The notes under the pieces are model-generated. The model saw only the letters and a program-made list of their open reading frames with translations. It was not told the origin of the DNA and did no database searches. The position numbers and the translations under genes are program-made. A DNA stretch of 63,993 nucleotides, filler included, from a bacterium (GTDB lineage: Bacteria > JALSQH01): the NCBI GenBank assembly GCA_027004335.1. It is 12 parts of 12 records of this genome, joined end to end, with 100 filler letters (N's around TTAATTAATTAA, not from the genome) between each part and the next. Parts side by side here need not be neighbours in the genome. Positions count along the whole stretch, not along the records: positions 1 to 13,720 come from JALTID010000047.1; 11 more parts are not named here. One strand, 5' to 3'. Shown piece after piece: positions 1 to 10,897 of this stretch (its first letter is position 1; every line of letters starts with the position of its first letter).

Positions 1-209
1 GAGAAGGAGTGGCCACATGGATACTCCATGATGTTCTTAAATATTCATTAGGATTCGCCTCTTTTTTCCCTTTGATGATAAGGGTTGTAATGACAATAAC
101 TGAGGCTATCTTAATTGCTTTTACTTTTTACGCAGGAAAAAAAACAGGAACTCTTGATTATCTTTTTAAGATAAAAAAGAAAGAGGAAGTTGAAACTCCC
201 TCCAGTTAG
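1..209 (+). CDS. C-terminal part of a membrane protein, cut by the window edge
   Basis: Frame open from the window start; hydrophobic segments and a charged tail; TAG at 207-209. Confidence 0.5.
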   Translation, partial: EGVATWILHDVLKYSLGFASFFPLMIRVVMTITEAILIAFTFYAGKKTGTLDYLFKIKKKEEVETPSS

Positions 210-210
210 A

Positions 211-993
211 TCACTTTCCTTTAAATTCTGGTTTGCGCTTTTCAAGAAATGCTTTTACACCTTCAACTCTATCTTCACTGGCAAATACAAGACCAAAAAG
301 TGATCTTTCAAGCTCAAGTCCTGCTTCAATGGGTAATTCTTTTCCTCTTCTTACAGCATTTTTGGCGTACATTACAGCAAGAGGCCCTCTCTGCGATATC
401 TCTTCAATGGTTTTTTTAGCCTCACCGATAAGATCACCTTCCACAATTCTGTTAGCAAGACCTATTCTGAGAGCTTCTTTAGCTTTAATATGCCTGCCGG
501 TAAGGATTATCTCCATGGCCATATTGGGACCAACCACTCTTGTCAGTCTCTGAGTTCCTCCAAAACCGGGTATAATACCGAGGTTGACCTCTGGCTGCCC
601 AAATACAGCATTTGGAGATGCATAGATAAAATCACAGGCGAGAGCAAGTTCTGTACCTCCTCCAAGGGCATAACCGTTTACAGCAGCAATGACAGGCAGT
701 GGATACTCCTCAATTTTAAGTGTAAGTTTTTGCCCCTCTTCTGTGAATTTTTCTGCTTCCTGTGGTGTCATATCAGGCATTCTGGAAATATCAGCTCCAG
801 CAATGAAAGCTTTTTCTCCTGCACCGGTGATTATGACCCCGCGAATTTCTTCTTTCTCCAGAATTTCATCAAGAGCATTGGAGACCTCCTGAATTGTTTC
901 GGGGTTTAGAGCATTCAAAGCTTTTGGCCTGTTGATTCTGATAATTGCAGCAGGTGCATCGCACTCAAGGATCACATTTTTGTATTCACCCAT
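211..993 (-). CDS. crt: enoyl-CoA hydratase (crotonase)
   Basis: NRPKALNAL, AFIAGADI, GYALGGGTELALACD, GQPEVNLGIIPGFGGTQRL; ATG at 993 preceded by AGGAGG. Confidence 0.93.
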   Translation of the reverse strand: MGEYKNVILECDAPAAIIRINRPKALNALNPETIQEVSNALDEILEKEEIRGVIITGAGEKAFIAGADISRMPDMTPQEAEKFTEEGQKLTLKIEEYPLPVIAAVNGYALGGGTELALACDFIYASPNAVFGQPEVNLGIIPGFGGTQRLTRVVGPNMAMEIILTGRHIKAKEALRIGLANRIVEGDLIGEAKKTIEEISQRGPLAVMYAKNAVRRGKELPIEAGLELERSLFGLVFASEDRVEGVKAFLEKRKPEFKGK

Positions 994-1006
994 AATTACC
1001 TCCTGT

Positions 1007-1858
1007 TTATTGATAGTTGTAAAAGCCTCTGCCTGTTTTTCTTCCCATCCAGCCGGCAGCAACATATTTTTTAAGAAGAGGGCAGGGACGATATTTGCTA
1101 TCCCCAAGTTCTTTGTGAAGAACTTCCATTATGGCAAGGCAGGTGTCAAGACCGATGAGATCAGCCAGTGCCAGAGGTCCCATTGGCTGATTGGTTCCAA
1201 GTTTCATTGCAGTATCAATATCTTCAACACTTCCCACTCCTTCCATTAGTGCATATACAGCTTCATTTATCATGGGTAAGAGGATCCTGTTTACTATAAA
1301 TCCAGGATAATCCTGTGCAAGCACCGTTGTTTTCCCCATTTTTTCAGCTAATTCTTTTGTGACCTGATATGTTTCATCTGATGTGGGAAGACCTTTTATG
1401 ATTTCTACCAGTTGCATAATTGGCACTGGATTCATAAAATGCATCCCGATCACTTTATCTGGTTTTGATGTCTGTGCAGAAATTTTTGTTATTGAGATGG
1501 AAGATGTGTTGGATGCCAGGATCACATCTTTCCCGGTAATTGAATCTAATTTCTTGAAAATTTCAAACTTTATATTTTCATTTTCAGTTGCTGCTTCAAC
1601 TACAAAATCAACCTCTGAGAATCTGTCAAGCTCTGTTGTAGTTTCTATTCTTCCCATTATTTCTTTATCTTCTCCTTCTTTTAATTTTCCTTTGGAAACA
1701 AATTTTGAAAGACTCTTGGATATGTTATTAATTCCTCTCTGTAAAAATTCCTCAGATATGTCGTTTAAAACCACATGGAATCCTGATGCAGCAGCTACCT
1801 GGGCAATTCCGCTTCCCATCTGACCTGCACCTATAATTCCTATTTTTTTTATATCCAT
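1007..1858 (-). CDS. hbd: 3-hydroxybutyryl-CoA dehydrogenase
   Basis: GAGQMGSG Rossmann motif, [35 protein letters not shown] at 1858 with GGAGG. Confidence 0.95.
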   Translation of the reverse strand: MDIKKIGIIGAGQMGSGIAQVAAASGFHVVLNDISEEFLQRGINNISKSLSKFVSKGKLKEGEDKEIMGRIETTTELDRFSEVDFVVEAATENENIKFEIFKKLDSITGKDVILASNTSSISITKISAQTSKPDKVIGMHFMNPVPIMQLVEIIKGLPTSDETYQVTKELAEKMGKTTVLAQDYPGFIVNRILLPMINEAVYALMEGVGSVEDIDTAMKLGTNQPMGPLALADLIGLDTCLAIMEVLHKELGDSKYRPCPLLKKYVAAGWMGRKTGRGFYNYQ

Positions 1859-1877
1859 CTTGGACCTCCTTTGATTT

Positions 1878-2930
1878 TTATTCAAAGATCCTGTTTACAT
1901 TTACATTCTTTTTGACAAGCTCTATTCCTCTCTGAACACGGTGTGGTTCCTTTATCCTGGTCTTGCCGAAGATGGATTCTATTCTATCCACTACAGTAAA
2001 TGTATCATCATCAGTAACAATAACTGGAACACCTCTTTCCTCAGCTCTTGCCAGGATAAGATCATTGGGAACAACACCACCAGTTACAACAATCCCTTTT
2101 GTAGAAGTTTCAATCGCTGCAAGAATTATGTCTGACCTATGTCCTCCTGTTATTACAATTTTGTTTCTTACTTTTCTAAAAAGCTTAAGAGCACTTTCAA
2201 CATCCATGGCACCGATCATGATTTTTTCTACAAGATTATCAAGGTAATCTTCTCCTGTTACAATTTTACTGTTGAGATTTTCGTTTATTTCCCTCATAGT
2301 TATAGCTGCAAGGGAGGGATCATCCGGAATAACTCCCAGCGCTTCTACCCCCTTTTTATTCAAAAATGGTATGATCAATTCATTTACATAATCCATCACT
2401 TCTGGTTTTATCCTGTTCAGAATTACCCCAATCATTCTATCTTTTAATTTCTCTTTTGTTACCAGTACCGGATCTATCAGCAGGTCTGCATCAAGTCTTT
2501 CTACAATTACAGCCTGCAGGTTTAATTTTCTTATTAGATCATACCCTGAGATCCCCAGAAATGCCCCATCAGCAAGAAAGTTTGCTCCACCAACTATAAC
2601 ATACTCTTTTTTCACGCAGATGGAATTAAAGGCCTTTTTGATCTTTTTGATAGGAGAAGAAATTTTCCCCTTCAGAGCTTTTAATTTTAGATCCTGTGTC
2701 AAAACAACCGGTGATAATTCTTTTATATCACTTTTAAGATCGAGTCTTTCTTTTGCAACGACTGCATCCTGATCTACATAAGTATCACCATAAAGGACGG
2801 GAAATTTACCGTAAGGTTTGAAATAGCCTACTTCTTCCCCTTTTTCCTTGAGAATACTTGCCAGTGCAAGGGAAATTATGCTCTTCCCTGTATATGGAAG
2901 TAATGACCCGACATAAATGGCCTTCTTCAT
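1878..2930 (-). CDS. phosphotransacetylase N-terminal-like protein (BioD-like P-loop + DRTGG), no catalytic PTA domain
   Basis: PYTGKS P-loop, [14 protein letters not shown] and VTGG DRTGG-type motifs; only 350 aa. Confidence 0.85.
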   Translation of the reverse strand: MKKAIYVGSLLPYTGKSIISLALASILKEKGEEVGYFKPYGKFPVLYGDTYVDQDAVVAKERLDLKSDIKELSPVVLTQDLKLKALKGKISSPIKKIKKAFNSICVKKEYVIVGGANFLADGAFLGISGYDLIRKLNLQAVIVERLDADLLIDPVLVTKEKLKDRMIGVILNRIKPEVMDYVNELIIPFLNKKGVEALGVIPDDPSLAAITMREINENLNSKIVTGEDYLDNLVEKIMIGAMDVESALKLFRKVRNKIVITGGHRSDIILAAIETSTKGIVVTGGVVPNDLILARAEERGVPVIVTDDDTFTVVDRIESIFGKTRIKEPHRVQRGIELVKKNVNVNRIFE

Positions 2931-2945
2931 TCTTTCCTCCTTTCT

Positions 2946-5069
2946 TTAATTAGAAATTAAGGTTATTCTTGCATCCAATGCATAGGATTTCTTACCTCTG
3001 GGAAGTAATTTTACAGGATTTAGATCAAGTTCAATTATCTCGGGAAAATCGGTGACGAGCTGGGATAATCTGAGAATCATTTCATAGAGTGCGTTAAAAT
3101 CAATACTTTTTTCACCTCTTACTCCAGCTAACAGTGGATAAGAGTTAATCTCTCTCACCATATTTTGTGCCTCCTCTACAGGAATAGGGGCAACTCTGAA
3201 GGAAACATCCTTAAGAACTTCAACATATATTCCTCCAAGACCAAACATGATGAGTGGTCCAAAAGAAGGATCCCTCGTCATTCCCAGAATAACTTCTTTT
3301 CCTCCTGTTATCATTTCCTGGATATCCACACCTAAAATTGCTGCTTTTGGTGATTTTCTTTTTACATTTGTTGTGATCTCCATAAATGCTCTTATAACTC
3401 CTTCCAGGTTTTTGATATTAACTTTTACACCACCAATATCGCTTTTATGGAGAATATCTGGTGAAGAAATTTTCATGACAAGTGGAAATTTTAATTTATC
3501 TGCGATCTGCACCGCTTCATCTATTGATCTGGCCAGATGAGATTCAGGAAAATCAAATCCATACGCTTTGAAGATTTCCTTTGCCTTAACTTCTGAGAGG
3601 TTAAACATCCCTTTTGACATTGAATCAGAAATAATTTCTTTAACTTTTTCCTTGTCCACATCTTCATATTCACGATATGTGGGCTGAGGTTTCCTTGTGA
3701 ATTTATGGTAGTTAACCAGTGCAGCAAAGGATTTTACAGCCTCATCAGGAAATTCAAAATTGGGGATATTGTTTTTGTTCAACAGTTCAATTCCTCTCCT
3801 TACCAGCTTACCTCCCATAAGGGCTGCAAAAATTGGCCTCTTGCAATTTGAGGAAAATTTTACGATTTCCTCAGCTACTTTATATGCATCAGTCATAGAT
3901 TGAGGAGTAAGTATAACAAGAAATCCATCAAAACTTCTATCCTTTTTTAAGATATTGAGGGCATTTTTATATCTATCTTCTCGTGCATCTCCGATTATAT
4001 CAACCGGATTAAAAAGGGCAGCAGTCGGCGGAAGAGCTTCCTTAAGTTCTGCTATTATTTCGGTTTTCGGGGGTTGTAGCTGGATTTTATTTTTCTCACT
4101 TGCATCTGCAGCTAATATGCCAGGCCCACCCGCGTTTGTTATTACAACAAGCTTATTCCCTCTTGGTATCCTTTTCTGGGCAAATCCTTTTGCAAGGTCA
4201 AATAGATCAGCAACATTGTGAATCCTGATTATTCCTGTTTGCTTAAAAGCTGTTGCGAAGGCCTTATCAGAACCTGCAAGTGTACCCGTATGAGATGAAG
4301 CTGCTCTTGCACCAGCAGAGGTACTTCCCGCTTTTATCAGGAGCACCGGTTTTTTTCTGGTTACCTGCTGTGCTACTTTCATAAATCTCTGCCCCTCCTC
4401 AACCCCTTCAATATAGCCTAAAATGACCTCTGTGTCTGGATCTTCCCCCAGATATTCAAGAAAATCTATTTCATCCAGTACAGCTTTGTTCCCGAGACTT
4501 ATGATCTTGGAGAATCCGATTCCTTCCTCCATTGACCAGTCAAGAACCGCTGTTAGTAACGCCCCTGACTGGGAAATAAATGAGATATTGCCCTGGATGG
4601 GCATTTCTGCAGCAAAAGAGGCGTTGACTTTAGATGAAGGGGAAATAATCCCAAGGCAGTTGGGGCCAAGCACCTTCATTCCATATTGTTTTGCCTTTTT
4701 AACAAGTTCCTGTTCTAATTGTGCCCCTTCTGCTCCAACTTCCTTAAAACCAGCAGAAATCACTATTACCGCTTTACAATTTTTTTTAGCAATATCATCA
4801 AGTCCTGAAATAACATACCTGGGTGGGACAATAAAAACTGCAAGGTCTATATCTGAAGAAATTTCTCCAATAGAATGATAAACATTCAACCCAAGAATTT
4901 CATCCCTTTTAGGATTAACTGGATAGATTTCTCCATCAAATTTTCCTTCTATGAGATTTCTTAAAATGTCATTTCCAACTTTTCCTGCTTCTGCTGAGGC
5001 ACCGATAACAGCGATTCTCTGTGGAAAGAAAAAACTATCAGTAATAGCGGTTCTGGAAGAATGGTCCAT
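2946..5069 (-). CDS. ADP-forming acetate/acyl-CoA ligase, fused alpha-beta
   Basis: IAVIGAS, GPNCLG, SQSGA, SSHTG (phospho-His), NAGGPG, NPVDI, HKSDIGGV, ELDLNP; no GNAT domain; ATG at 5069 follows AAGGTGG. Confidence 0.92.
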   Translation of the reverse strand: MDHSSRTAITDSFFFPQRIAVIGASAEAGKVGNDILRNLIEGKFDGEIYPVNPKRDEILGLNVYHSIGEISSDIDLAVFIVPPRYVISGLDDIAKKNCKAVIVISAGFKEVGAEGAQLEQELVKKAKQYGMKVLGPNCLGIISPSSKVNASFAAEMPIQGNISFISQSGALLTAVLDWSMEEGIGFSKIISLGNKAVLDEIDFLEYLGEDPDTEVILGYIEGVEEGQRFMKVAQQVTRKKPVLLIKAGSTSAGARAASSHTGTLAGSDKAFATAFKQTGIIRIHNVADLFDLAKGFAQKRIPRGNKLVVITNAGGPGILAADASEKNKIQLQPPKTEIIAELKEALPPTAALFNPVDIIGDAREDRYKNALNILKKDRSFDGFLVILTPQSMTDAYKVAEEIVKFSSNCKRPIFAALMGGKLVRRGIELLNKNNIPNFEFPDEAVKSFAALVNYHKFTRKPQPTYREYEDVDKEKVKEIISDSMSKGMFNLSEVKAKEIFKAYGFDFPESHLARSIDEAVQIADKLKFPLVMKISSPDILHKSDIGGVKVNIKNLEGVIRAFMEITTNVKRKSPKAAILGVDIQEMITGGKEVILGMTRDPSFGPLIMFGLGGIYVEVLKDVSFRVAPIPVEEAQNMVREINSYPLLAGVRGEKSIDFNALYEMILRLSQLVTDFPEIIELDLNPVKLLPRGKKSYALDARITLISN

Positions 5070-5144
5070 TTTATCCACCTTTCTTGAAGTTTTCAGCTTT
5101 TGCTATATTATAAAATTTAAAGAAAGCCCTTTCAAGGAGATTTT

Positions 5145-6065
5145 ATGAGGAGATTTGTTGATATAGGAAAATTTGATGATCGATTATACCTCATGGGGAA
5201 TGCTTACATGCCCATTTATTATTTGAAAGGTGATACTGTGAGCGCCCTTACAGAGGCAGGTGTAACATTCATGGGACCAATAGTTGTTCAGCAGATTAAG
5301 GAACTTAGTCTGAAAGAACCCTCCTATATTTTTTTAACCCATTCTCACTATGACCATCTGGGAGCTGTTCCCTATTACAAAAAAAGTTTTCCTGAGGTTA
5401 AAGTTGCTGGAAGCCCTCTTATTGAACGAGTAATGTCAAGTGAAAGGGCAGTGGAATTAATAAGGAAGCTTAACTATAATGATCTTAAAGCCTTTGATCT
5501 TGAAGATAGTTTTAAAAAAGAAGATGTCGAATTTGAGCCATTTAATCTTGACATAGAAGTGAAAGAGGGGGATCAATTTGAACTTGGTGGAATTACTGTT
5601 CAAATATTTGAGACCCCCGGTCATACTAAAGATGCAATTTCTTACTATGTTCCTGAAATAAAAGGGATCTGCTTTGGAGAAGCTGGTGGCGTACCTGAAC
5701 TTTCTGGAAAAATCCAGCCAGAGTTTACCTCAAGTGTGGAAAATTACATTGCTTCTTTAAAAAAGCTGGAGAACCTGGAACTTGAGATTATCTGTCTTGC
5801 CCATGGTGGGATCATCTACGGTGAGGATGCAAGAGGTTACATTAAAAGATCACTGGAAAGTGCTATTCAATTTAAGGAGAGAATAATCAATTACTATAAA
5901 GAGCTTGGGGATATCGAAGCAGTGGTTGAAAAAATACTCTCTGAGGATTATAAAGGTGGTCAGATATCACAGCCAGAGGTTCCTTACAGGATAAATCTTG
6001 AGGCAATGGTTAAAAAGGTAACCCAGGAATCTAAAACTAAAGAGGAACTTAATGTTAAGGGTTAG
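5145..6065 (+). CDS. metallo-beta-lactamase-fold hydrolase (possible PqsE-like acyl-CoA thioesterase)
   Basis: THSHYDHLG, TPGHT, AHG; AAGGAG RBS. Confidence 0.85.
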   Translation: MRRFVDIGKFDDRLYLMGNAYMPIYYLKGDTVSALTEAGVTFMGPIVVQQIKELSLKEPSYIFLTHSHYDHLGAVPYYKKSFPEVKVAGSPLIERVMSSERAVELIRKLNYNDLKAFDLEDSFKKEDVEFEPFNLDIEVKEGDQFELGGITVQIFETPGHTKDAISYYVPEIKGICFGEAGGVPELSGKIQPEFTSSVENYIASLKKLENLELEIICLAHGGIIYGEDARGYIKRSLESAIQFKERIINYYKELGDIEAVVEKILSEDYKGGQISQPEVPYRINLEAMVKKVTQESKTKEELNVKG

Positions 6066-7452
6066 ATTTGCTCCTTCCCCTACGGGGGATCTCCATGTGG
6101 GTAATATCAGAATAGCAGTTCTTAATCATCTTATGAAAATTAAATATAATGGGAGTCTTATTCTAAGAATAGATGATACAGATATTGAGAGGAATTCACC
6201 CGATGGTGAAGAGAGAATTTATTCTCAGCTGAAATGGCTTGGAATTGAATGGGATGAGGGTCCCGATAGAGGAGGAGGATATGGTCCTTACAGACAGTCT
6301 GAAAGAGGAGAAATTTATCAGGAAATTATAGAAGAACTGAAGAGAAAAAATTTAATTTATCCCTGTTTCTGTACTGATGAAGAGATTGCCCAGATGCATA
6401 CAATGCAGAGACTCAAGGGGGAGCCTCCACACTATGATGGAAGGTGTTTTAACCTCTCAGAGAAAGAGAGAAATAATCTCCTGAAAGAAAAACCTCCCGT
6501 ATGGAGATTCAGAATACTGGGTCTTGATGAAATTGTGGTTGAGGATCTTTTACATGGGGAGATTCATTTTTCCCCTGTAGATCTGGGAGGTGATTTTGTT
6601 GTTATCAGGAGTAACGGAAGGATCATGTATAATCTTGCAACTGTTGTGGATGATCACTATATGCAGATAACCCACATAATCAGAGGGGAAGATCATCTTT
6701 CCAATACAGCCAAACAGATAGCCATCTACAGAGCTCTGGGGTGGAATATCCCCCAGTGGATCCATATTCCGATGATAGTTTCGCCAGATGGTAGAAAACT
6801 GAGTAAGAGGGAGGAAAGTATAACAGTTAATGAGTTGAAAGATAAAAGGTATATACCCCATGCAATCTATTTTTATCTTGGTACTCTTGGATGGTCTCAG
6901 ATTCCCTCTGAACCTCTTTTTCCTGAAGAACTTGCCAGGAATTTTAAACCTGAGAAACTTGGTACATCACTTAATAGATGGGATGAGAGGACTCTTGCTT
7001 CGTGGAACAGGAAATTTCTGAAAAAATTAAAAGGTGAAATGCTCCTGGAGCTTATAGAGGAGTATTTGCCGGAACTGTCAGAAAAATTCCTTTCAAATTT
7101 TAGCAGAGAAAAAGCCATTGAAATTGTAGAACTGGTAAAGGAAGATGTTGAGAGTGTCACTGATTTTGAAAAATTTTTGAGAATTTTCTATGAGGATGAA
7201 ATCCCGATGAATGAAAAATGTGGTGAAATCATTGAGGAGCTTTTACCATTACTTGATTGTGACATTGAAGGTGATGTAATTGAAAACTGCATAAATTTAG
7301 CAGGAGAGAAGGGGATATCCAAGAAAAAGATATTTAAGTTTATCCGTTGTGTATTGACCGGACTTGATTCTGGTCCCCCCCTGGGGGAAATTGTGAGGTT
7401 ACTTAATAGTGATAAAATAAAGATAAGATTCAGTAAGATTGTGGAGGTATAG
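6052..7452 (+). CDS. gltX: glutamate--tRNA ligase
   Basis: RFAPSPTG, HVGN, RIDDTD, RGEDHLSN, KLSKR; full length with anticodon domain. Confidence 0.95.
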   Translation: MLRVRFAPSPTGDLHVGNIRIAVLNHLMKIKYNGSLILRIDDTDIERNSPDGEERIYSQLKWLGIEWDEGPDRGGGYGPYRQSERGEIYQEIIEELKRKNLIYPCFCTDEEIAQMHTMQRLKGEPPHYDGRCFNLSEKERNNLLKEKPPVWRFRILGLDEIVVEDLLHGEIHFSPVDLGGDFVVIRSNGRIMYNLATVVDDHYMQITHIIRGEDHLSNTAKQIAIYRALGWNIPQWIHIPMIVSPDGRKLSKREESITVNELKDKRYIPHAIYFYLGTLGWSQIPSEPLFPEELARNFKPEKLGTSLNRWDERTLASWNRKFLKKLKGEMLLELIEEYLPELSEKFLSNFSREKAIEIVELVKEDVESVTDFEKFLRIFYEDEIPMNEKCGEIIEELLPLLDCDIEGDVIENCINLAGEKGISKKKIFKFIRCVLTGLDSGPPLGEIVRLLNSDKIKIRFSKIVEV

Positions 7453-7458
7453 ATTGAT

Positions 7459-8976
7459 ATGAAGAAGGTGGACCCTGTGGATTTCCAGAATAAGGTTTAT
7501 ATTTACGACACTATGCGGAAAACTAAAGTTAAGTTTGAGCCAATTGAAAAAGGCAGGATAGGTATGTATGTGTGCGGCCCCACTGTTTATGATGATCCTC
7601 ATGTGGGTCATGCAAGAGCAGCCATTGCATTTGATGTAATCTTTAGATTTTTCAAATACATAGGATTTGATGTAACTTATGTAAGAAATTATACAGATGT
7701 GGACGATAAGATCATAAACAGGGCAAACGAAAAGGGAATATCCACTGATGAACTCTCTGAGAAATATATAAAGTCTTATGAAGAAGATATGAAAGCCCTC
7801 AATGTACTGGAACCCACATATAAACCAAGAGTAACACAACATATTCCTCATATTATTGAGATGATAGAAAAAATTCTTGCCAATGGACACGGGTATGTGG
7901 CCGAGGAGAATGTATATTTTGATGTACTTTCTTTCCCGGAGTATGGGAAATTGTCCGGGAGAAATATTGATGAGCTTGTTGCAGGAGTTAGGGTTGAACC
8001 TGGTCCGGGGAAAAAACATCCCCTTGATTTTGCTCTCTGGAAAGCTTCAAAACCGGGAGAACCTTTCTGGGAAAGCCCATGGGGTAAGGGAAGACCGGGA
8101 TGGCATATTGAATGTTCTGTAATGAGTACATATTATCTTGGAATCCCCTTTGATATTCATGGGGGTGGTATTGATCTTGTTTTTCCTCACCACGAAAATG
8201 AAATAGCCCAGAGTGAAGCAGCGTATAAGAAGAAATTTGTGAATTACTGGATCCACAATGGACATGTGGAGATAAATAAAGAAAAGATGTCAAAGAGCCT
8301 TAAAAACTTTATCAGGGTGAAAGACGCAGTTAAAGAGTATGAAGCTGAAGCGATAAGATTTTTTCTCCTGGAAACTTACTACAGGAGTCCCGTAAGTTTT
8401 AACGAGGAAGGTCTCAGAATCACTGAGAATAACTTGATGAGTTTATATCAGACAATTCTTGATTTAATATCTATTAAAAATCAATTAGTTAGTGGTAAAA
8501 ACCTTGAGCAGTTTATTAACTCTCTGGGGAAGAATCAGAAAAGAAGTGTGGAGACGATTCTTTCTTTTCAGGAAAAGTTTCTATCCACTCTGGCAGATGA
8601 TTTCCATACGGCGAAAGCAGTTGGAGAACTTTTTCAGTTCTTTTCAGAAGTCAATAAGGTGATAAAAATAAATGATTTATGGAAAAAAGAAGGTTCAGAA
8701 GTATTTTATAATGAGATTTTTGATCAGATTAATATGATAAAAGAAATTTTCGGAATTTTGGAGGATATGCCCGAAGATTTTATCAGACGGGTAAATTTAA
8801 GAAGATTGAGTAAAAAAGGCGTCTCAGAGGAATATGTTCTGGAATTAATTGAGAAAAGGCAGAAAGCTCGTGAAGAAAAAAATTGGAAGGAGGCTGATAG
8901 GATAAGGGAAGAACTCAAAGAAAAGGGTATTCTTCTTGAAGATACTCTCTCAGGTACGAGATGGAGGGTGGAGTAG
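7459..8976 (+). CDS. cysS: cysteine--tRNA ligase
   Basis: YVCGPTVY, HVGH, DFALWK, GRPGWHIECS, HGGGIDLVFPHHENE, KMSKS. Confidence 0.97.
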   Translation: MKKVDPVDFQNKVYIYDTMRKTKVKFEPIEKGRIGMYVCGPTVYDDPHVGHARAAIAFDVIFRFFKYIGFDVTYVRNYTDVDDKIINRANEKGISTDELSEKYIKSYEEDMKALNVLEPTYKPRVTQHIPHIIEMIEKILANGHGYVAEENVYFDVLSFPEYGKLSGRNIDELVAGVRVEPGPGKKHPLDFALWKASKPGEPFWESPWGKGRPGWHIECSVMSTYYLGIPFDIHGGGIDLVFPHHENEIAQSEAAYKKKFVNYWIHNGHVEINKEKMSKSLKNFIRVKDAVKEYEAEAIRFFLLETYYRSPVSFNEEGLRITENNLMSLYQTILDLISIKNQLVSGKNLEQFINSLGKNQKRSVETILSFQEKFLSTLADDFHTAKAVGELFQFFSEVNKVIKINDLWKKEGSEVFYNEIFDQINMIKEIFGILEDMPEDFIRRVNLRRLSKKGVSEEYVLELIEKRQKAREEKNWKEADRIREELKEKGILLEDTLSGTRWRVE

Positions 8977-9345
8977 ATGTACTATATCTACCGCGAAATT
9001 ACATTTTCTGCTGCACACAGATTAAGAGAGTATCATGGTAAGTGTGAAAACCTTCATGGTCACAACTGGAAGGTAAGAGCTTATTTAAAGTCGGTTGACC
9101 TCGATGATCTTGGAATGGTTGTTGATTTTGGAGTTCTTGATAAAAAACTTAAAGAAATTTCTGAGCTTCTTGACCATAAGTATTTGAATGAAATAGAACC
9201 TTTTGATAAGCTAAATCCAAGTGCTGAAAATATTGCAAAGTTCATTTTTGCCTCTCTTAAAGCAGAATTTAATGGTCCCAGAGTCTTTGTACACAGGGTA
9301 ATGGTGTGGGAAAGCGAAAAATCATGTGCAATTTATGAGGAATAG
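8977..9345 (+). CDS. queD: 6-carboxy-5,6,7,8-tetrahydropterin synthase
   Basis: FSAAHRL, CENLHGHNW, GMVVDF, LDHKYLN, PSAENIA, VWES. Confidence 0.95.
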   Translation: MYYIYREITFSAAHRLREYHGKCENLHGHNWKVRAYLKSVDLDDLGMVVDFGVLDKKLKEISELLDHKYLNEIEPFDKLNPSAENIAKFIFASLKAEFNGPRVFVHRVMVWESEKSCAIYEE

Positions 9346-9347
9346 CA

Positions 9348-10073
9348 ATGAAAAAAGCTGTTGTTCTTCTAAGTGGTGGCCTTGATTCTACCACAACGCT
9401 TGCGTATGCATTAAAAGTTGATCAGTGCGATGTTTTTCCTGTTTCTTTTAATTATGGTCAGAGACACAGTTTTGAACTGAGAAATATTCCTGATATTCTT
9501 AAATTTTTTTCTATCCCTGAGGAGAGATGGCAGATTATTAAGATTGATAATTCTTTTTTTTCAACTTCTGCCCTTGTAAATCCTGATATAGGAGTCCCTC
9601 TGGACAGGGATCTGGATATAGATGAGATTCCTGTTACATATGTACCTGCAAGGAATACTATTTTCCTTTCCTATGCTCTGGCTTATGCTGAGATTCTTGA
9701 GACTGGAGATATTTACATAGGGGTAAATGCGATTGATTATAGTGGTTACCCTGATTGCAGACCCGAATATATTGAATCCTTTGAAAAGATGGCAAATTTA
9801 GCTACAAAAGCAGCTGTAGAGAGAAGAATAAGGTACAGGATTCATACACCGCTGATAAATATGACCAAGGCAAAAATAGTAAAACTTGGAACTGAGTTAG
9901 GGGTGGACTATTCAATTACCCATAGCTGTTATTCTCCCGGTCCCAATGGAGAACCCTGCGGAGAATGTGATAGTTGCAGATTGAGGATAGAGGGATTTGC
10001 AAAGGCGGGGCTTGTGGATCCTCTTAAAGATAAGTACCTGTCAAAGAAATATTTCCCGGAGTGGTGGAAATGA
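9348..10073 (+). CDS. queC: 7-cyano-7-deazaguanine synthase
   Basis: SGGLDS, YGQRH, TYVPARN, DYSGYPDCR, CYS...CGECDSC. Confidence 0.96.
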   Translation: MKKAVVLLSGGLDSTTTLAYALKVDQCDVFPVSFNYGQRHSFELRNIPDILKFFSIPEERWQIIKIDNSFFSTSALVNPDIGVPLDRDLDIDEIPVTYVPARNTIFLSYALAYAEILETGDIYIGVNAIDYSGYPDCRPEYIESFEKMANLATKAAVERRIRYRIHTPLINMTKAKIVKLGTELGVDYSITHSCYSPGPNGEPCGECDSCRLRIEGFAKAGLVDPLKDKYLSKKYFPEWWK

Positions 10074-10897
10074 AGGATGTCCAGAATATGCCTCCAGAGC
10101 ACAACATTAGAATTGACAAAGTTGGAATAAAAAACTTACGCTATCCTATTGTTGTTCTTGATAAACAGAAGCAGAAACAGCATACAGTTGCTGAAGTCAG
10201 CATGTTTGTTGAGTTACCTGAGGATTTTAAAGGGACTCATATGAGCAGGTTTGTAGAGATCCTGAATGAAAACTGGAAGGATATTCAGGTAAAGAAGATA
10301 AAAACTATTTTGCGGGAGATGAAAAAGAGATTGAATGCCCCTGCATCTCATATGATCATAAGATTCCCATATTTCATAGAAAAAGAAGCACCTATCACAA
10401 AAACACAGAGCCTCATGTCATACGATATTACAATATTTAGTAGCAGTTACGAAGAGATAGATGATTTTATTTATAAAGTTGAAGTACCTGTTACAAGTTT
10501 ATGTCCATGTTCAAAAGAAATAAGTGATTACGGTGCCCATAATCAGAGGAGTATCATATCCCTCTCTGTAAGGACCTCTGCCTTTGTGTGGCTTGAGGAT
10601 TTGATCAGAATCGCAGAAACATCTGCCAGCTGTGAGGTATTCACTTTGTTGAAAAGAGAAGATGAAAAGTATGTTACTGAACATGCTTATGATAATCCTA
10701 TGTTTGTGGAAGATATTGTGAGAAATGTAGCTGAAAAATGTGAAAAGGAAAAAAGCATTATATGGTTTGCGGCTTCTTCCGAAAACTTTGAGAGTATTCA
10801 TAACCATAATGCCTTTGCTTATATTGAAAGGTGGAAGGATAAAAAAACAAGGGAGAGATTAGAGAAGTATCTGTATGGACATATCTTACAGGTTTGA
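10070..10897 (+). CDS. folE2: GTP cyclohydrolase IB
   Basis: KGTHMSRF, TSLCPCSK, AHNQRS, LKREDE, NPMFVED, ESIHNHNA; ATGA overlap with queC. Confidence 0.95.
   Translation: MKDVQNMPPEHNIRIDKVGIKNLRYPIVVLDKQKQKQHTVAEVSMFVELPEDFKGTHMSRFVEILNENWKDIQVKKIKTILREMKKRLNAPASHMIIRFPYFIEKEAPITKTQSLMSYDITIFSSSYEEIDDFIYKVEVPVTSLCPCSKEISDYGAHNQRSIISLSVRTSAFVWLEDLIRIAETSASCEVFTLLKREDEKYVTEHAYDNPMFVEDIVRNVAEKCEKEKSIIWFAASSENFESIHNHNAFAYIERWKDKKTRERLEKYLYGHILQV

Noticed and set aside
2946..5069. Protein lysine acetyltransferase (Pat/YfiQ)
   Set aside because: No GNAT domain, and the catalytic His of the ligase is intact
6052..10897. gltX as GluQ-RS, or the que genes as a dpd DNA-modification island
   Set aside because: GltX is full length; no dpdA/tgt paralog or defence genes nearby; housekeeping context
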